Below, piece by piece: positions 14,539 through 26,688 of a stretch of 64,000 bases of DNA. The DNA comes from the human T2T-CHM13v2.0 reference genome, Homo sapiens. Below the pieces are notes generated by a model. It was not told the DNA's origin. It ran no database searches and saw nothing but the letters and a program-made list of their open reading frames with translations. The stretch lies in NCBI RefSeq assembly GCF_009914755.1, contig NC_060929.1. One strand, written 5' to 3'. Position 1 is the stretch's first letter. Every line of letters begins with the position of its first letter. The position numbers were made by a program, and so were the translations under genes.

Positions 14539-14725
14539 TCAAACAAACCCCACAGCTAGTAGAAGACAAGATCCAGAACAGAACTGAAGGAGATAGACAT
14601 GAAAAGCCCTTTGAAAAATCAAGGAATACAGGAGCTGATTTTTTGAAAAAATTAATAGATAGACTACTAGCTAGACTAATAAGGAAGAAAGAGAGAAGAA
14701 TCAAACAGACATAATAAAAAATGAT
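14539..14725 (+). mobile_element. L1 ORF2 segment in inverted orientation (5' inversion of the adjacent L1)
   Basis: AAACAAACCCCACAGCTAGTAGAAGACAAG...CTAGCTAGACTAATAAGGAAGAAAGAGAGAAGAATCAAA encodes the ORF2p motif [10 protein letters not shown] on the + strand. Confidence 0.85.
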
Positions 14726-17700
14726 CTTCCATGTAAGACGCTTATCACAATGTCTAAGGGACAGAAAGCTGGGAGTCTATGGAGCTTATGAGAATAGGCT
14801 TTATGATAGTTGTGGCTCCTTGGTAACAAAAGCTTGCCAGTCAACAAAATTCAGTCCAAAATCTGCTTTCATTACTACATTAGACATGATGGCTTAGTTG
14901 TGGGAGAGGACACCTATGTACCTTATCCTCTTTCAATTAATGTAGACTATGATATTCACCAAAAAGACTCTGATAACCATGAAGGGTCAAATTAGCTATG
15001 TCAATTCATGATGATTAATTTGAACATAAATTATTAATTTTGATAAAGAGGTATTACCTAAGCTTTAATTAATGAACGTTCCACTTCTACTTAGGACGTG
15101 AAAGTCACCCTGAGTTTATGTCAATAGCATTGGCTGAAAAGTCTTAATTTCTCATCTGGCTTTTTTTTTTTTTTTAATCGAGGATATCCCTTCCTCCAAC
15201 CCAAATATATTTTCAGCAACACTCATGCCAACCCTTATCTGATGTTGAGAAGCTGTGAATTTGATAGCAGAATCATAACATTTTAGACTTAAAAAGTGCT
15301 TTAAAGATCATCTACTTCTTCTACCCACTCAACTAATAGTTTTATACTTGAGGAAACAGAGTTGCATGGAAGTAAAGGAACTCGACTAAAATGATCAAGC
15401 TAGAGACTGAACCAGGATCAGAGCCCTTTCCCCTGCAGCCCCGGGAAAAAGAATTCATGTTGAGGAAATAAGGAAAAGTGTTTAATACTTTCAGCTAAGC
15501 ATAAAATTCCTAAGAACTCTTCTCTATAAACAGAAAATCTAAACTCTCCAAAAGAATCGCACCCCCTTAGCTGTAACAAAGTCTCTGCAGTTATTTCACA
15601 GCTGAAAGCCAACTGACACTGATTCCTGGGTGGTTTCACTAAAATAGAATTTTCTGAAATGCAAACTCACCTCCCAAGGAAGAATATGAATTTGAAAGAG
15701 GAAAGGTGTTAGTGGCGCCAACAACTTGCTACCCTGCTGAGAAGCTTCCAGATAGCCAGAAACACAGCAGGGAGTAGCAAGAAACAGAAGTTACAGATGA
15801 AGCTGCTCTTTAGTCACAAACTTGTTTCTGACAGCTCTTGTTGAAAAACCTGGGGACAGCTGAACAGAAACGTTAGTCCAGAGGCAGCCTCAGGGCTCAA
15901 GTGCTCAAGGATCTCATCTCAGTGTAAATATTCCAACTTCCTCTCATCCTTCTCCTACTGAGGGGAGGAGGAGACCAAAGGGAGTAGACGATTTGAAGGC
16001 AGTTGCTAAATGAGAATCGCTGGGTGGTATGCAGAAAATAGCATGGTTAGCTTAGATCCTACAACCAGTTTTCAAAAATAAAGGAAGTAATAACCATTAG
16101 CATAATGAGAATACAAATCCCAAGTCTCCATTACTTTAGACAGAACTCTGCAGGAGACCACCTAAGGAAAATCTGGGGGAAAAGAAGTTTCCAATCAATT
16201 GCAGCAGATTTAACTGATTCCCTTCTGTGGGCACAGCATGGTATTGAGAGCTTTGGGGATTATTAGGGAAAGAGAGGACATGCTTTCTTTCCTTGAGAGA
16301 TTCTGATTCTGGGTGAGACATGGTGACTATGTGCATCTGAATATGCTACAAGGATATAAACAATTAAACAACGAACCAGAACTATGCTGGCTCAGTGCCC
16401 AGGGAAGTCGGAAGAATTCAAGTCAGGACCTTGAGTCAGGGATGAAACAGGAATGGTTTTATGAAGAAGTCAATTTTTCAGCTGAGTTTTATACATGAAA
16501 GGCCATCTCGTTTAGCCGAAAGTACAGGAAGGGCCTGTACTTAGCATGAGAGGCAGGAAAGCAAGAAAGCCTTTGTATAAAATATGGTGAAAGAATCAAC
16601 AAAAGCTTCTGAAGCCTACATTTATATACAGAACTTATTCTTTATCCAAAATGTAATGTGGGGATTCATGAAGATGGCAGAACTCCAGTATTCTGCACAT
16701 TAATAATGCAATGAGCATGTCTATGGCACTCTAATCCCTTAAAATTTCATTTGTAAAATAATTATCCTTGTTCTCATAACAGGGAAAATAAAATCCTAGG
16801 CTACAGTAACAAAATATATTATTTAACTTAATGTCAATGTTAAAAATAAAATAGTAAGAAACAGTCTGATATTATATTTCACAGTTATCAGGATTGTGAT
16901 TGTAAATCCTATAAATGTCATATCCTGATTAACCTTTTAGGAGAAAAATACTCCATTGGTGTAGTTCTAACACTGTTTTTGAGATGAAGCAAAATTTCTC
17001 ATCAATATTTCTATTCTGACTGTTTGGATATTTAAAAGTCATATAACCTAATTTCAATTATGTTATAAAGAATAGGGTTAACCAATAGCTACCACCTGAG
17101 GAGCACTGACTGAACCAGGCATAAGGTAGGAATTTTACATGGTTTTATATGTGATACTAACAATAGCCTAATAAGGTACCATAACTCCATGTACATTTTA
17201 CAGGGAAAGGAAGATGTGGAAAGTTGAATGAATGTGCCCTTGTTCACAATGCAGGCACTCCAAACCACAGCATATTAACCAATTTGACAATCACCTCTTA
17301 GAGGGTTCTCTATTGTCTTCTCTAATAGGACCTGCAGAGGAAAAGATACAAATTCCATTCTGCTTTACCTCTGCAGTAAGTATGGAAATGTATCTCACAT
17401 TGTTTCTTATTCATGTCTTTTCAATCTGCCTATGTCTTCAGAGAATTCTTATCACTACATTGGGAAAATTTTCTGCAAGCTGACATATCACACTTCCAGG
17501 GAATTTTTGTTGATATAAGACCATTATTTTGTCCCAAGAGTTCTCATAATTGCCCTTAGTATAATCCCTTAAGTCTCTTTCCACTGCAGTATTTATCTTC
17601 TTTTAAAAATAATAGTTAAATAAAAATTAACAATGTAAATTAGCTAAAAAAATTAAAAAAAATAATATATCCATTCATTTATCTAGCCAGGCTGTAAATA

Positions 17701-18645
17701 CTCCTCTGTTGCATAATCTTTCAATTCTTTCATCATACTTTCTTCTGCTCTCTTCACTCCCTTCAAATTGTCTGCATATTTTTTATCCACTAGGATTGAG
17801 TTTCTGTGGTTGAGGCTCTGCCTAAAAGCTAGTTGGGAATCACAATCAAAATGGATTGTTCATCATTTACTACAACCTAACTATAACTTCCTAGTTTTTG
17901 TCTAATACAAGATCTGCTCTTTATGCCTTCATCATTTCCAATGCCAAATTATTCCAGCGATTTTTAATTGGTAGCATATTATTAATACACTATGCATCTT
18001 CTTTTGTATATTATGATATATTACTTCTTGTTGACATCTCAACCAGAAAAAAATGGTTGAGGAAAATGCTTATAAAGGTTATATAATGTTCAGATCTTAT
18101 TCATTAGCAACTCTCATGAAATTTTCTTTGGTAAGGAAAGGGAAACAGCCCAATGACATTTGTGCTTATTTGTGGATTTTACTTATCCATTCACTCTTTC
18201 ATTAGCTCTCATATTTGACTACAATTTCCTTTGCCAATTACATTATAAAAATCAAGTACATTTCCTTCAGGCCTTTTCAAAGTTTTCCCCAGTGAGTTTT
18301 AATTTGACTTCTGATGCATGGACCTGCTTTGACAATATTTAAATAGAATATTTATACAAACTGATGCTTCTTTTCTACTCGTTTTAGAGTATATAAACTG
18401 ATATCAGAAGGCTAAAATAACATCAAACAAAGTTATCCTGGAGCAGTCCATAAGTAAAGAATTATAATCTTCAGCTCCATCTCTCTCTACCATATTCATT
18501 ACCTTTCCATAGTCTCATAATATTTTTCTAACCTTATGGTCTAAATGATCTCGTTCTGTCTGTCTATCCATTTGTCTGTCTCTTTCTCTCCCTCTGCAAA
18601 TCAGATAACTACATTATACAAATATAAGAATAAAGGTTAATATTA

Positions 18646-18648
<3 letters not shown>

Positions 18649-18676
<28 letters not shown>
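18649..18676. repeat. (AT)14 microsatellite
   Basis: Read directly. Confidence 0.95.
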
Positions 18677-18679
<3 letters not shown>

Positions 18680-19484
18680 AGTTGTTTTATTCTAAGTTCT
18701 TTATGTTACTCATTAAAACCCCACCATTGTTACCAGGGATTTATAACAGATTTATTAGTCCACTGAATTTACCCAACATTGCTACCAGGGATTTATAACA
18801 GTTATTAGTCTACTGAATCTATTCTGCCAAAAAATGTGCTGATACAGATTCTGCCCAATGAGCATAAAGCTATTTTTAAAAATATAATAATTATAATAAT
18901 AGATCTATAATGTATATACGCTATAGGGTTAATAGGGTAAGTTTAATTTGCAAAACACCAAACACAAAATTAATTTCATAATTACTGAAACTAGAAGGCA
19001 AAGGTTCTGAGCAGGGGCCCAAGATTTATGTTTCAGGCATAATAACATTGGTGGACAAGGTTGTCACATTTCAGAGATGTGGTTATCATATCTCACATTT
19101 AAAGTTACAATTATTATAATGAAATAAATAAGGTTGACAACTGTTTAAAGAATTTTTGAGTGAATAGTCCAGTATAAATGTTTTACTATAACACTGGAAT
19201 ATTTAAAGTTACTTATCTAAGAATTTAAATTTCAACTGCTTTGGCATGGATATCATCATTCTGAGGTTAGAACTTCTGTGACATAAGCAACTATTTTAGG
19301 AATTTGACAGCATTAAAACAAAGTTAAATAGTACTGTTCAAACTGGATGCAAGAACTCACAGGAAAAAAAACAATAAGTGAACATTTGAGAAGATAGGCA
19401 ACTTTGCTAGCAATTAGGAAAAAATAATTAAAACAATAGTGACAGACATACCTCATCTGACAGGCAAAAATTTTAAAAATCTGA

Positions 19485-19825
19485 TTTAAGGAAAATGTAT
19501 GCGCTGCAGTCAATAGGCTGAGGCAGACATCAGGTCCAGCATGACTCAGCAAGTTTGGAGTGCAGGTGCACAATTCTGCACATTATGTAACTACACCACG
19601 TAAGGCGCATTAGGTGATCACCCACATGAGCTTGTAACTGGCTCAGAGCCACTATTGTCTGTAAAAGGTATAACTACCGGACTGACACTGTACCTATGGT
19701 TTGCACCTACGGCTCACACTCAGACAGTAAAGGCACGTTGAAACTGTGCATGATTCCTCTAGTGTTTTTCCAGCTACCCACCACTCACCCACTGACTCCC
19801 CTCAGACCTCAGTTAGAACCTGACA
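19485..19825 (+). repeat. 5' LTR (LTR18 family)
   Basis: 341 bp; roughly 80-85% identical to the 3' LTR by eye; contains TGACTCAGCA (19542-19551) and TTATGTAA (19583-19590). Confidence 0.9.
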
Positions 19826-19827
19826 AT

Positions 19828-19845
19828 TGGCATCACGAACAGGAT
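19828..19845 (+). promoter_or_regulatory. Primer-binding site complementary to the tRNA-Ser(CGA) 3' end
   Basis: TGGCATCACGAACAGGAT versus TGGCGTCACGAACAGGAT expected from the recalled tRNA 3' end; one CpG-type mismatch; 2 nt after the LTR end. Confidence 0.85.
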
Positions 19846-20739
19846 CCCAAGGTGGGCGAGCCTTTGGTCCCTGCTGATTCTGGGTTGGCAATGTGGCCAC
19901 GACATGGGTTGTGGTACCTGGTCACAGCTGTGCTGCAAGGGTGAACTCTGTTGGAAACCTGGCCAGCAGTAGATGGGTACCCCACGAGCACGGAGAAAGC
20001 ACTGAAGCAGCTGGAAGTGCAGAGCACCGAGAAGGAATGAGCCTTTGACAGCAGAGTTGGATGGGCATTTTTTCTGTGCTACAAGAAGTACACTCCCAAT
20101 CCCTGAGGGATGCAGTGCAGGAAAGGGCCTTTTGGGCACAGGCAGGGTGCCTGGAGGCCCAGCTACACAGCTTAGAAAAAGAGTTAGAGGCTGCCATGAA
20201 TGGGGATCTCCAGGTGCAGGTGGGGTGCCTGAAGGCCTGGCATAGGGTTGGAAAGGGAGTTAGAGGCTGTTGTGAATGCAGGCCTGGGTCCGTCATCTCA
20301 GCCAGAGACCCCTGCTTGGTCTGGGTCTGCACTGTAAAAAAGGGGAAGATGCCCCACCTGCAGAGCCTCCCCATCATGGAAGAAAAGGGGGCCCCAACAA
20401 GTGACCCACTCACAGATGTGGATAGATTTGACTTTGGCCAGGGTTGACTGAGAGAAAATCGATAAGCAGCCCAATGAAGTACTTTTAACTTTGTGGAGAT
20501 AACTGTCTCAAGAGCAGCAATTCCAGGAAATGCAGAAGGGGAAGGAGGACATTGCTGTATGACCTGGTCCCACTCAGGTGCTTCAACTCAAAGACTACTT
20601 GCTGCAGCCAGGTGGAAATGTTGAGCTTTTTCTGTTTGATTAGGGAACTGGCTGAGGTGCCTGGCCTGGGGGGACACCAGACAAATAGAGGCCACATGTG
20701 AAATTAGCAATCCACTGGTCCTCCACCAACATACAGCAA

Positions 20740-21950
20740 GTGCTGGCACTGGTAAACACCAGCGCTGATATATTCTGGGGGTGGATGTTTTACATGGCCT
20801 GACAGCCATCCCATCTATTACAGATTTGATGGACCGCTTGATGATGGAATTTGGACAGTGCCACTATGTGGTGGACTTGATTAATGCATTTTCAATTAAC
20901 ATTGCTCTAGAGAGCCAGGAACAGTTCGCCTTCACGGGAAGGTGACAGTGGACTTTCATAGTGTTGCTGCAGGGATATATGCATAGCCCCATCATATGTC
21001 ATGGTCTTATTGATAATATTATGTTAACCTCTGATTCTCTTGCAGATTTAGAAGCGGCAATGCTCCTCTTGCCTAGAATTAAGATAGTGTGGCTGAGACT
21101 GACTTCCTGGCAGCTAAATAGGCTATTCAGCAGGCACAAGCCCTATGGGTAGTTGACCAAGGGTGCTCATTTGAGTTGGATGTGCATGTGACCACAGATG
21201 GTTTTGGCTGGGGCCTGTGGCAGAGCATGGAGTGCTTGAGAACACCAGTAGGCTTTTGGTCCCAACTATGGAAAGAAGCTGAGCTCCAGTATTCACTGAT
21301 AGAGAAGCAGTTAGTAACTGCATATGCTGCCCTTCGGGCTCATGAGAGCATGGCAGGACAGGCTACAGTTGTCGTGTAGACGAGTTACCTGATAGCAGGA
21401 TGGATGTGTTCATTGATAACAACCCCCCGGACTGGGACAGTGCAGACATCCACTTTAGCAAAGTGGGGCACCTACTTGAAGCAACAGAGTACGCTGAGTA
21501 CAAGTCCCTTAGCAGCAGAGTTGCAAGAGGTCTTGAGACCAGCAGTCCTAATGCAAGATAAGGCCATGGGGCCTAAGGACATGGGGCCTGAAGCACCCCT
21601 ACATGCTGAGCCTTCACCATTTAAGGAAGGGCATCCCCCCCTATGCCCGATGGGGCACGGTACACAGATGGGTCTAGCTGGGGTGCTGCTACTGCCTGGA
21701 CTGCTCACAGTCCAGCCTAGTACTGACTCCATATGGTTTCATACCGGGTATGGACAAAGTAGTCAATGGGCTGAAGTCAGAGCAATATGAATGGTGATCA
21801 CCAAAGAGGTGACACATATGATAATCTGCACCAATAGCTGTGTGGTCTATCGAGGCTTAACCTTGTGGTTAGGCACCTGGAAAATACAGAAGTGGCTAGT
21901 TGGCCACTGGCCCATGTGGGGCTAGGCCATGTGGCAAGACCTATGGGAGG
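20740..21950 (+). pseudogene. Decayed ERVL-class pro/pol: protease, RT, tether and RNase H remnants
   Basis: VLALVNTSA (protease DTGA decayed), YILGVDVL, HYVVDLINAF, LLQGYMHSPIICH, IDNIMLT (YIDD decayed), GWGLWQ..PVGFWSQLWKEAELQYSLIEKQL, YTDGSS, SSQWAEVRA; with stops, frameshifts and deletions. Confidence 0.88.
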
Positions 21951-22315
21951 AAGGATGACCTCCTATGACCAGGATGGAAACGGATGGTAACCTGTTGTTG
22001 CATGCCCCAATGCCCCTAAAGGTAGGGAAATAAAAACCTGGCTTAATGCATAAAGTAAATTCGGGTAACATCATCATGGGGTGTTTGCCCGTCATAACCT
22101 GGAGTTGTTGCTCCTTGTATTACTGCTGTGGCCTCTGGGTCTGGGGTTCCACCCTGTGGGCATGTTTCTCCATTTAAAAGACTCCTTCAGCCTAGGGAGT
22201 AGAATTTAAGGCCTATGTGTCAGACCTGTGTGTCCAGGGCCTTTGTCCCCAGAGTGTACGTATAAGGCCTGTGTCTTAGACCTGTGTGTCCAAGGCCTGT
22301 GTCTCCTTTGGCATT

Positions 22316-22325
22316 GAGGGTGGAG
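22316..22325 (+). promoter_or_regulatory. Polypurine tract
   Basis: GAGGGTGGAG directly before the TGTAAGG that starts the 3' LTR. Confidence 0.75.
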
Positions 22326-22673
22326 TGTAAGGAAAATGGATGTGCTGCTCTCAAAAATAGGCCGAAGCAGACATCCGGTCCAGCATGACTCAGTGAGTTT
22401 GGAGCACAGGCTCACAACTCTGCACATTATGTAACCACGCCACGTGAGGCACATTAGGTGATCACCCATGTAAGCTTGTGCTTGGCTTGGAGCCACTATT
22501 GTCTGTAAAAGGTACAACTACGCTGCTGACGCTGTACATACATCTTGCGCTCATGGCTCATGGCCAGAGAGAGAGTAAATCCATGTTGAAACTGTCTACA
22601 GTTCCTCACGTGTTTTTCCAGCTACCCGCCACTTGCCCACCAACTCCCCTTGGACCTCAGTTAGAACCTGACA
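22326..22673 (+). repeat. 3' LTR (LTR18 family)
   Basis: 348 bp with TG...CA termini; TGACTCA at 22386, TTATGTAA at 22427, CACGTG at 22441 and 22607. Confidence 0.92.
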
Positions 22674-23999
22674 TCTGACAAAATCAAATGTTACAACAAT
22701 GTGATAAACAGGTAACCCTCATACACCGATTGCCAGACAGTAAACTAGTATAGCCATTGTGGAGAGGAATTGAGCATCGTATAGGGAAGTTGGTAATCCT
22801 CTTACTTTAAGATCCAGCAATTCAACCTCTGGTCACGGACCTCAAAGAAACTCTCCAAATGAGAACAAGCAAACATGACAAGAATATTCACAGTAGTACT
22901 CATTCATTCATTTATTTATTCATTTCACAAATATCCATTGAGTTCACTGCTGTATTTGCTTGGGATATCTCTGGGACTGAAACAATTCTCCGTCTTCATT
23001 GGTATGTTCCAGGACACTGCTTTTGGGTACTGAAAAGTTTAAAATCACCTTAACCACCAATGAGGCAACAAAGTAGTGTGTAATCATATAATGAAGCCAT
23101 GTAACTCAAACTGTGTGCCTACTAAGCACACACCAGAAACTCCAGGAAATCACGACAGCTGTACACTCTAATTTTGGACTTGTTTTTGCATCAGTTTTCT
23201 GAAAGATTGTCATGGATGCAAGCATGTTATTATTAGTCATTGATAAAAGAGCACAGAAAGAGGATGTGAGGAGAGCCCTTTTTTCCTTAGGGATAAAACC
23301 CTTTCATCTTGGCTTTCATGAAACCCATTACCAGGCAAAACTGATGCGAATTCCTGACTAGAAGAAAATGTTCTCCTGCCTTTATTCTCTCTCAGATGAC
23401 TCCCATTAATTGATCCCAGGAGATTTTCTCATTTTGCTGCCTTCCCTGCATCCAGCCTTCATTTACCATGACCATCAGGCATCTGCAGGGCCTTGACCTG
23501 GAAAAGCTGCCACCATTCCTAGTAGAGGATGAACATAAATTCTCACTCTCAGAAATGCAAATATTTCCCTTGCTGTGGGGATGCATAACTTCAGAGAAAA
23601 GCTAAGCACATGGAGCACCCCATGTAAATTACCATCTCATACTACAACTCACTGTAACCTTATCTTTATTTCTTATAAATACTGTTTGTAAAGAATATAA
23701 AAAATTGAATTCCACATGCAAGATAAAGGCACAGCCACAATTTCAGAATGACATCTAATATTTCTGAAGTAATAAAATAAATGTAACCCTGTGGAAAAAT
23801 AAAACATTTAAATAAAATAGTTACAAATGCAATAGGAAACTAAGAAAAATTATTAGGATAGATCCAATGTTACATTAAACTGAGGACAGCTCTTCACTGT
23901 GCTGGCTTCATTACGATATTTAAGAAATCTGACAGTTGCAATAATTAGAAACATTTAAGTTTCCATTCCAGCTAGCACAGACAAGCCCTTGACAAAACA

Positions 24000-24160
24000 A
24001 TAATAGTGGCAAGAGCCAACAATAGAGCACTTACTGTAAAACAGCAGACATTGTCCTAAACACTATACATATATGTACTCATTCAGTCCTCCAACAACCC
24101 TACTTTTATAATCCCCATTTTGCAGATGAGGGAATTGAGGCAAATTGTCAGTTACCTTTG
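24000..24160 (-). mobile_element. MIR
   Basis: ATCCCCATTTTGCAGATGAGGGAATTGAGGC core. Confidence 0.7.
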
Positions 24161-24166
24161 CTAAAT

Positions 24167-24347
24167 CAGCACGTCTCAACTTCAGTGTACATAAAAATCT
24201 TCTGAATATGCTGTAAAATTGCAAATGCTCTAGCCATTCCCATAACCCACTCTGATTCAGTACTGTTGGTTTGGTATAGACTGCCCACAATCTAGTGTTA
24301 CAATCTCCATTTTCGAGAGGTCTGAGGATTGGGCTTGGAAAACACTG
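24167..24347. mobile_element. MER5-type hAT-Charlie element
   Basis: CAGCACGTCTCAAC... and ...TTGGAAAACACTG termini around a MER5-like body. Confidence 0.55.
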
Positions 24348-25410
24348 CTCCAATTACACTATTCCCAGTGATATTCCCATTTATCTTCAATGCCTCTCTG
24401 ATGTTTGGGTCATTGTTTCCATGTTTCTGAAGATTCCATTTTGTTTCATTTCAGAGTAAGAATACTTATTTCGATCCAATGAATTTGATTACCTATTCTA
24501 TGTCCATCTAAAGTTTAATCAAAACAAACTATACTGATATGTTTACACCTTAATTATGTCAGCTTGAACCAAAGACATAAGACTGTTGAAGAAAACTCAT
24601 TTCTCTTTTCACAAGGAACCTCTAGTAAGCTGGTGAACACCTTCCTTAATTTTTAAAACACTCTAAATAGGAAAATCTCTGGAATCTCTCCTAAACAGAC
24701 ATTTGCTTAAGTAAGGATTACAACTCTTGAAGGCATACATGAAAAATTCAGAAGTTTCTGAAGAATGCTTGGCCATATCATCATTCAAACGCACATAAAG
24801 TAATTTTATCAGCACAATTTTCTTTCTTCAGGGCCCTCATAAAAGGAAGATTCTTTGACTCCTTTGCAGAGCTATAAACCAAGAGTAACATCCATACTGT
24901 AAGAACAGAGGCTGTTAGAAAGATCTCGAGATTGTGCTCAACTAAAAAAAATTCATTTTCTTATTTTCACAGTGATGAAGAATGATTTTATACAATGAAA
25001 GAAACAAGTCATTGTTTTCTTCATCCATGGCAATATTCTCCCTGTCTTTCAAGAAAGATTGAAAATGTCTTTCAGATTGTAGTAATTTGAAAAGTTGTAA
25101 AAGATTGTAAAATAGAGGCATATTTATCAGATTTGGGGGAATAAATTTTTTTTGAAAAAGTTCTCAGATCCTTTTGAAAGGAGTTTAAATTGAAGTACAA
25201 TAAAGGTACCTGCTCTCTTCTGTTACAACTAAAGCCAGCCACTCTTAGAATTAAAAAAAAAAAAAGCCTCTTGTTTCTGGTTTCATATAAGGAGACATAA
25301 GTGGCTTCAATGCTGAACAGGAGGTAACACTAAAGGGGTGAACTTTTGAGTCAGGCCATGTACCAAAATGAATTTCTACCCCAAAACAATGGGACTATTC
25401 TAAACATGAG

Positions 25411-25840
25411 CCATTGGTATGCTGGTAAATATTTATCAGTTGGCTCTCCAGGAGAAAAAAAAAGGCCTGATTTGTGCAGTATGTCCATTTCCATGGTGTA
25501 ACTACTATCAGCATGTCTTATTTCAAGCTACCAATGTGATGGCCCTGAATGTGGAGTTGGGAAGAGATTTGTAGCTGCACCTCATTATATAGTATTTCCA
25601 CGACACAGATACGATGGACTACATAACCTCAAGAGCATGGATAATAGTAAAATATAATGAAGTACTTGGGAACTAATGAGTTTTGAGTATTGATTACCTT
25701 TGCATTTCATATAATTTATTTAATTACGGGTTTATATAATTTAATAATGCCTGTGCTTTCCAACCAGGTCTCAAAATCATTGAATACGTAACAGTTAGTA
25801 CTCCTGAGCTGGTACTACTACCTGGCTCCAGGCTACCATT
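25411..25840. mobile_element. MER63-type (hAT-Blackjack) element
   Basis: CCATTGGTATGCTGGTAAATATTT... start, internal TTTCAAGCTACCAATGTG...GGAGTTGGGAAGAGAT, end GGCTCCAGGCTACCATTG. Confidence 0.7.
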
Positions 25841-26415
25841 GCATGTATCTCACCTTAAGCAAACCTTCCACAATACTGATCCACTTTTATACACATGCAT
25901 TAATGAATGAAATTACAATATTATTTAAGTAGAAGTTTTATCCCATGAATACAAGCTAAGGCTTTATTAATACAACTCAATATCTACATATTTTATAGCA
26001 TAACACTATACATTTCAGTGTTAAGAGATATTTTAGAGATCATCTGATCCAACCCTTCCTAAGACTAGCCATGACAACTATTGGGGATGCCATCTTTATT
26101 CATTCTCCTATTCCAAAATTCCAAAATTACCACTTTATGCAAAAAGCCACATTCAATTCAAACTCTGCTATTTCTCAAGAACATCCATAATTTCACTCAA
26201 CTGGTATTTTTCCCATAAAATTCTCCCAACCAGCATCCAACATACCAAATCAGTGGTATTCTCACTATCTTCTGTAAATGCTATGTTTATTCTCCCTTCT
26301 GAAGCTGTTTCTTCCACTCTGTCACACATTCATTCATTTGCATTTTCAAGGTGTGTATGTTTGTGTGTGTTTTAAGAGAATGGTAGACTATTTACACACT
26401 TGTTAAAATGCTCAC

Positions 26416-26688
26416 TTTTTTTAAGAGATGGGATCTTGCTCTGTTGCCCAGGCTGGAGTGCAGTGGCATGATTGTGGCCCGCTGCAGCCTTAAAATGCTG
26501 GGTTCAAGCAATCCTCCCACCTCAGTCTCCTGAGTAGCCAGGTATGTGCTATCATGCCAGGCTAATTATGTAGAGAGAGGGTCTTGCTATGCTGCCCAGG
26601 CCTGTCTTGAACTCCTGGACTCAAGTGATCTTCCTGCCTTAGCTTCCCAAAGTGTTGGTATTATAGGTATGAGCCAAAGTGTCTGGCC
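26416..26688 (-). mobile_element. AluJ, diverged, apparently inserted in a MER5-like element
   Basis: J-type Alu sequence; TSD-like TAAAATGC(T/C)CA(C/T)TT at 26404 and 26690. Confidence 0.88.

Larger units (their letters stand above)
19485..22673 (+). mobile_element. HERV-S / HERVL18 provirus with two LTR18-family LTRs, internally deleted (3.19 kb)
   Basis: Direct-repeat LTRs at 19485-19825 and 22326-22673 (T[T/G]TAAGGAAAATG...GAACCTGACA); TSD TCTGA at 19480-19484 and 22674-22678; Ser PBS; polypurine tract; decayed gag/pro/pol motifs. Confidence 0.92.
19340..22900 (+). mobile_element. Old L1M (L1ME-like) ORF2 3' fragment split by the HERV-S provirus; pieces at about 19340-19484 and 22674-22900
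   Basis: Joining the flanks gives GGCAAAAATTTTAAAAATCTGA|CAAAATCAAATGTT...CAGGTAACCCTCATACAC...TATAGCCATTGTGGAG, colinear with the L1M ORF2 end. Confidence 0.65.

Noticed and set aside
19696-21790. Cluster of longer ORFs on both strands
   Set aside because: Fragments or antisense frames of the decayed HERV-S gag/pro/pol; catalytic motifs are mutated and frames broken
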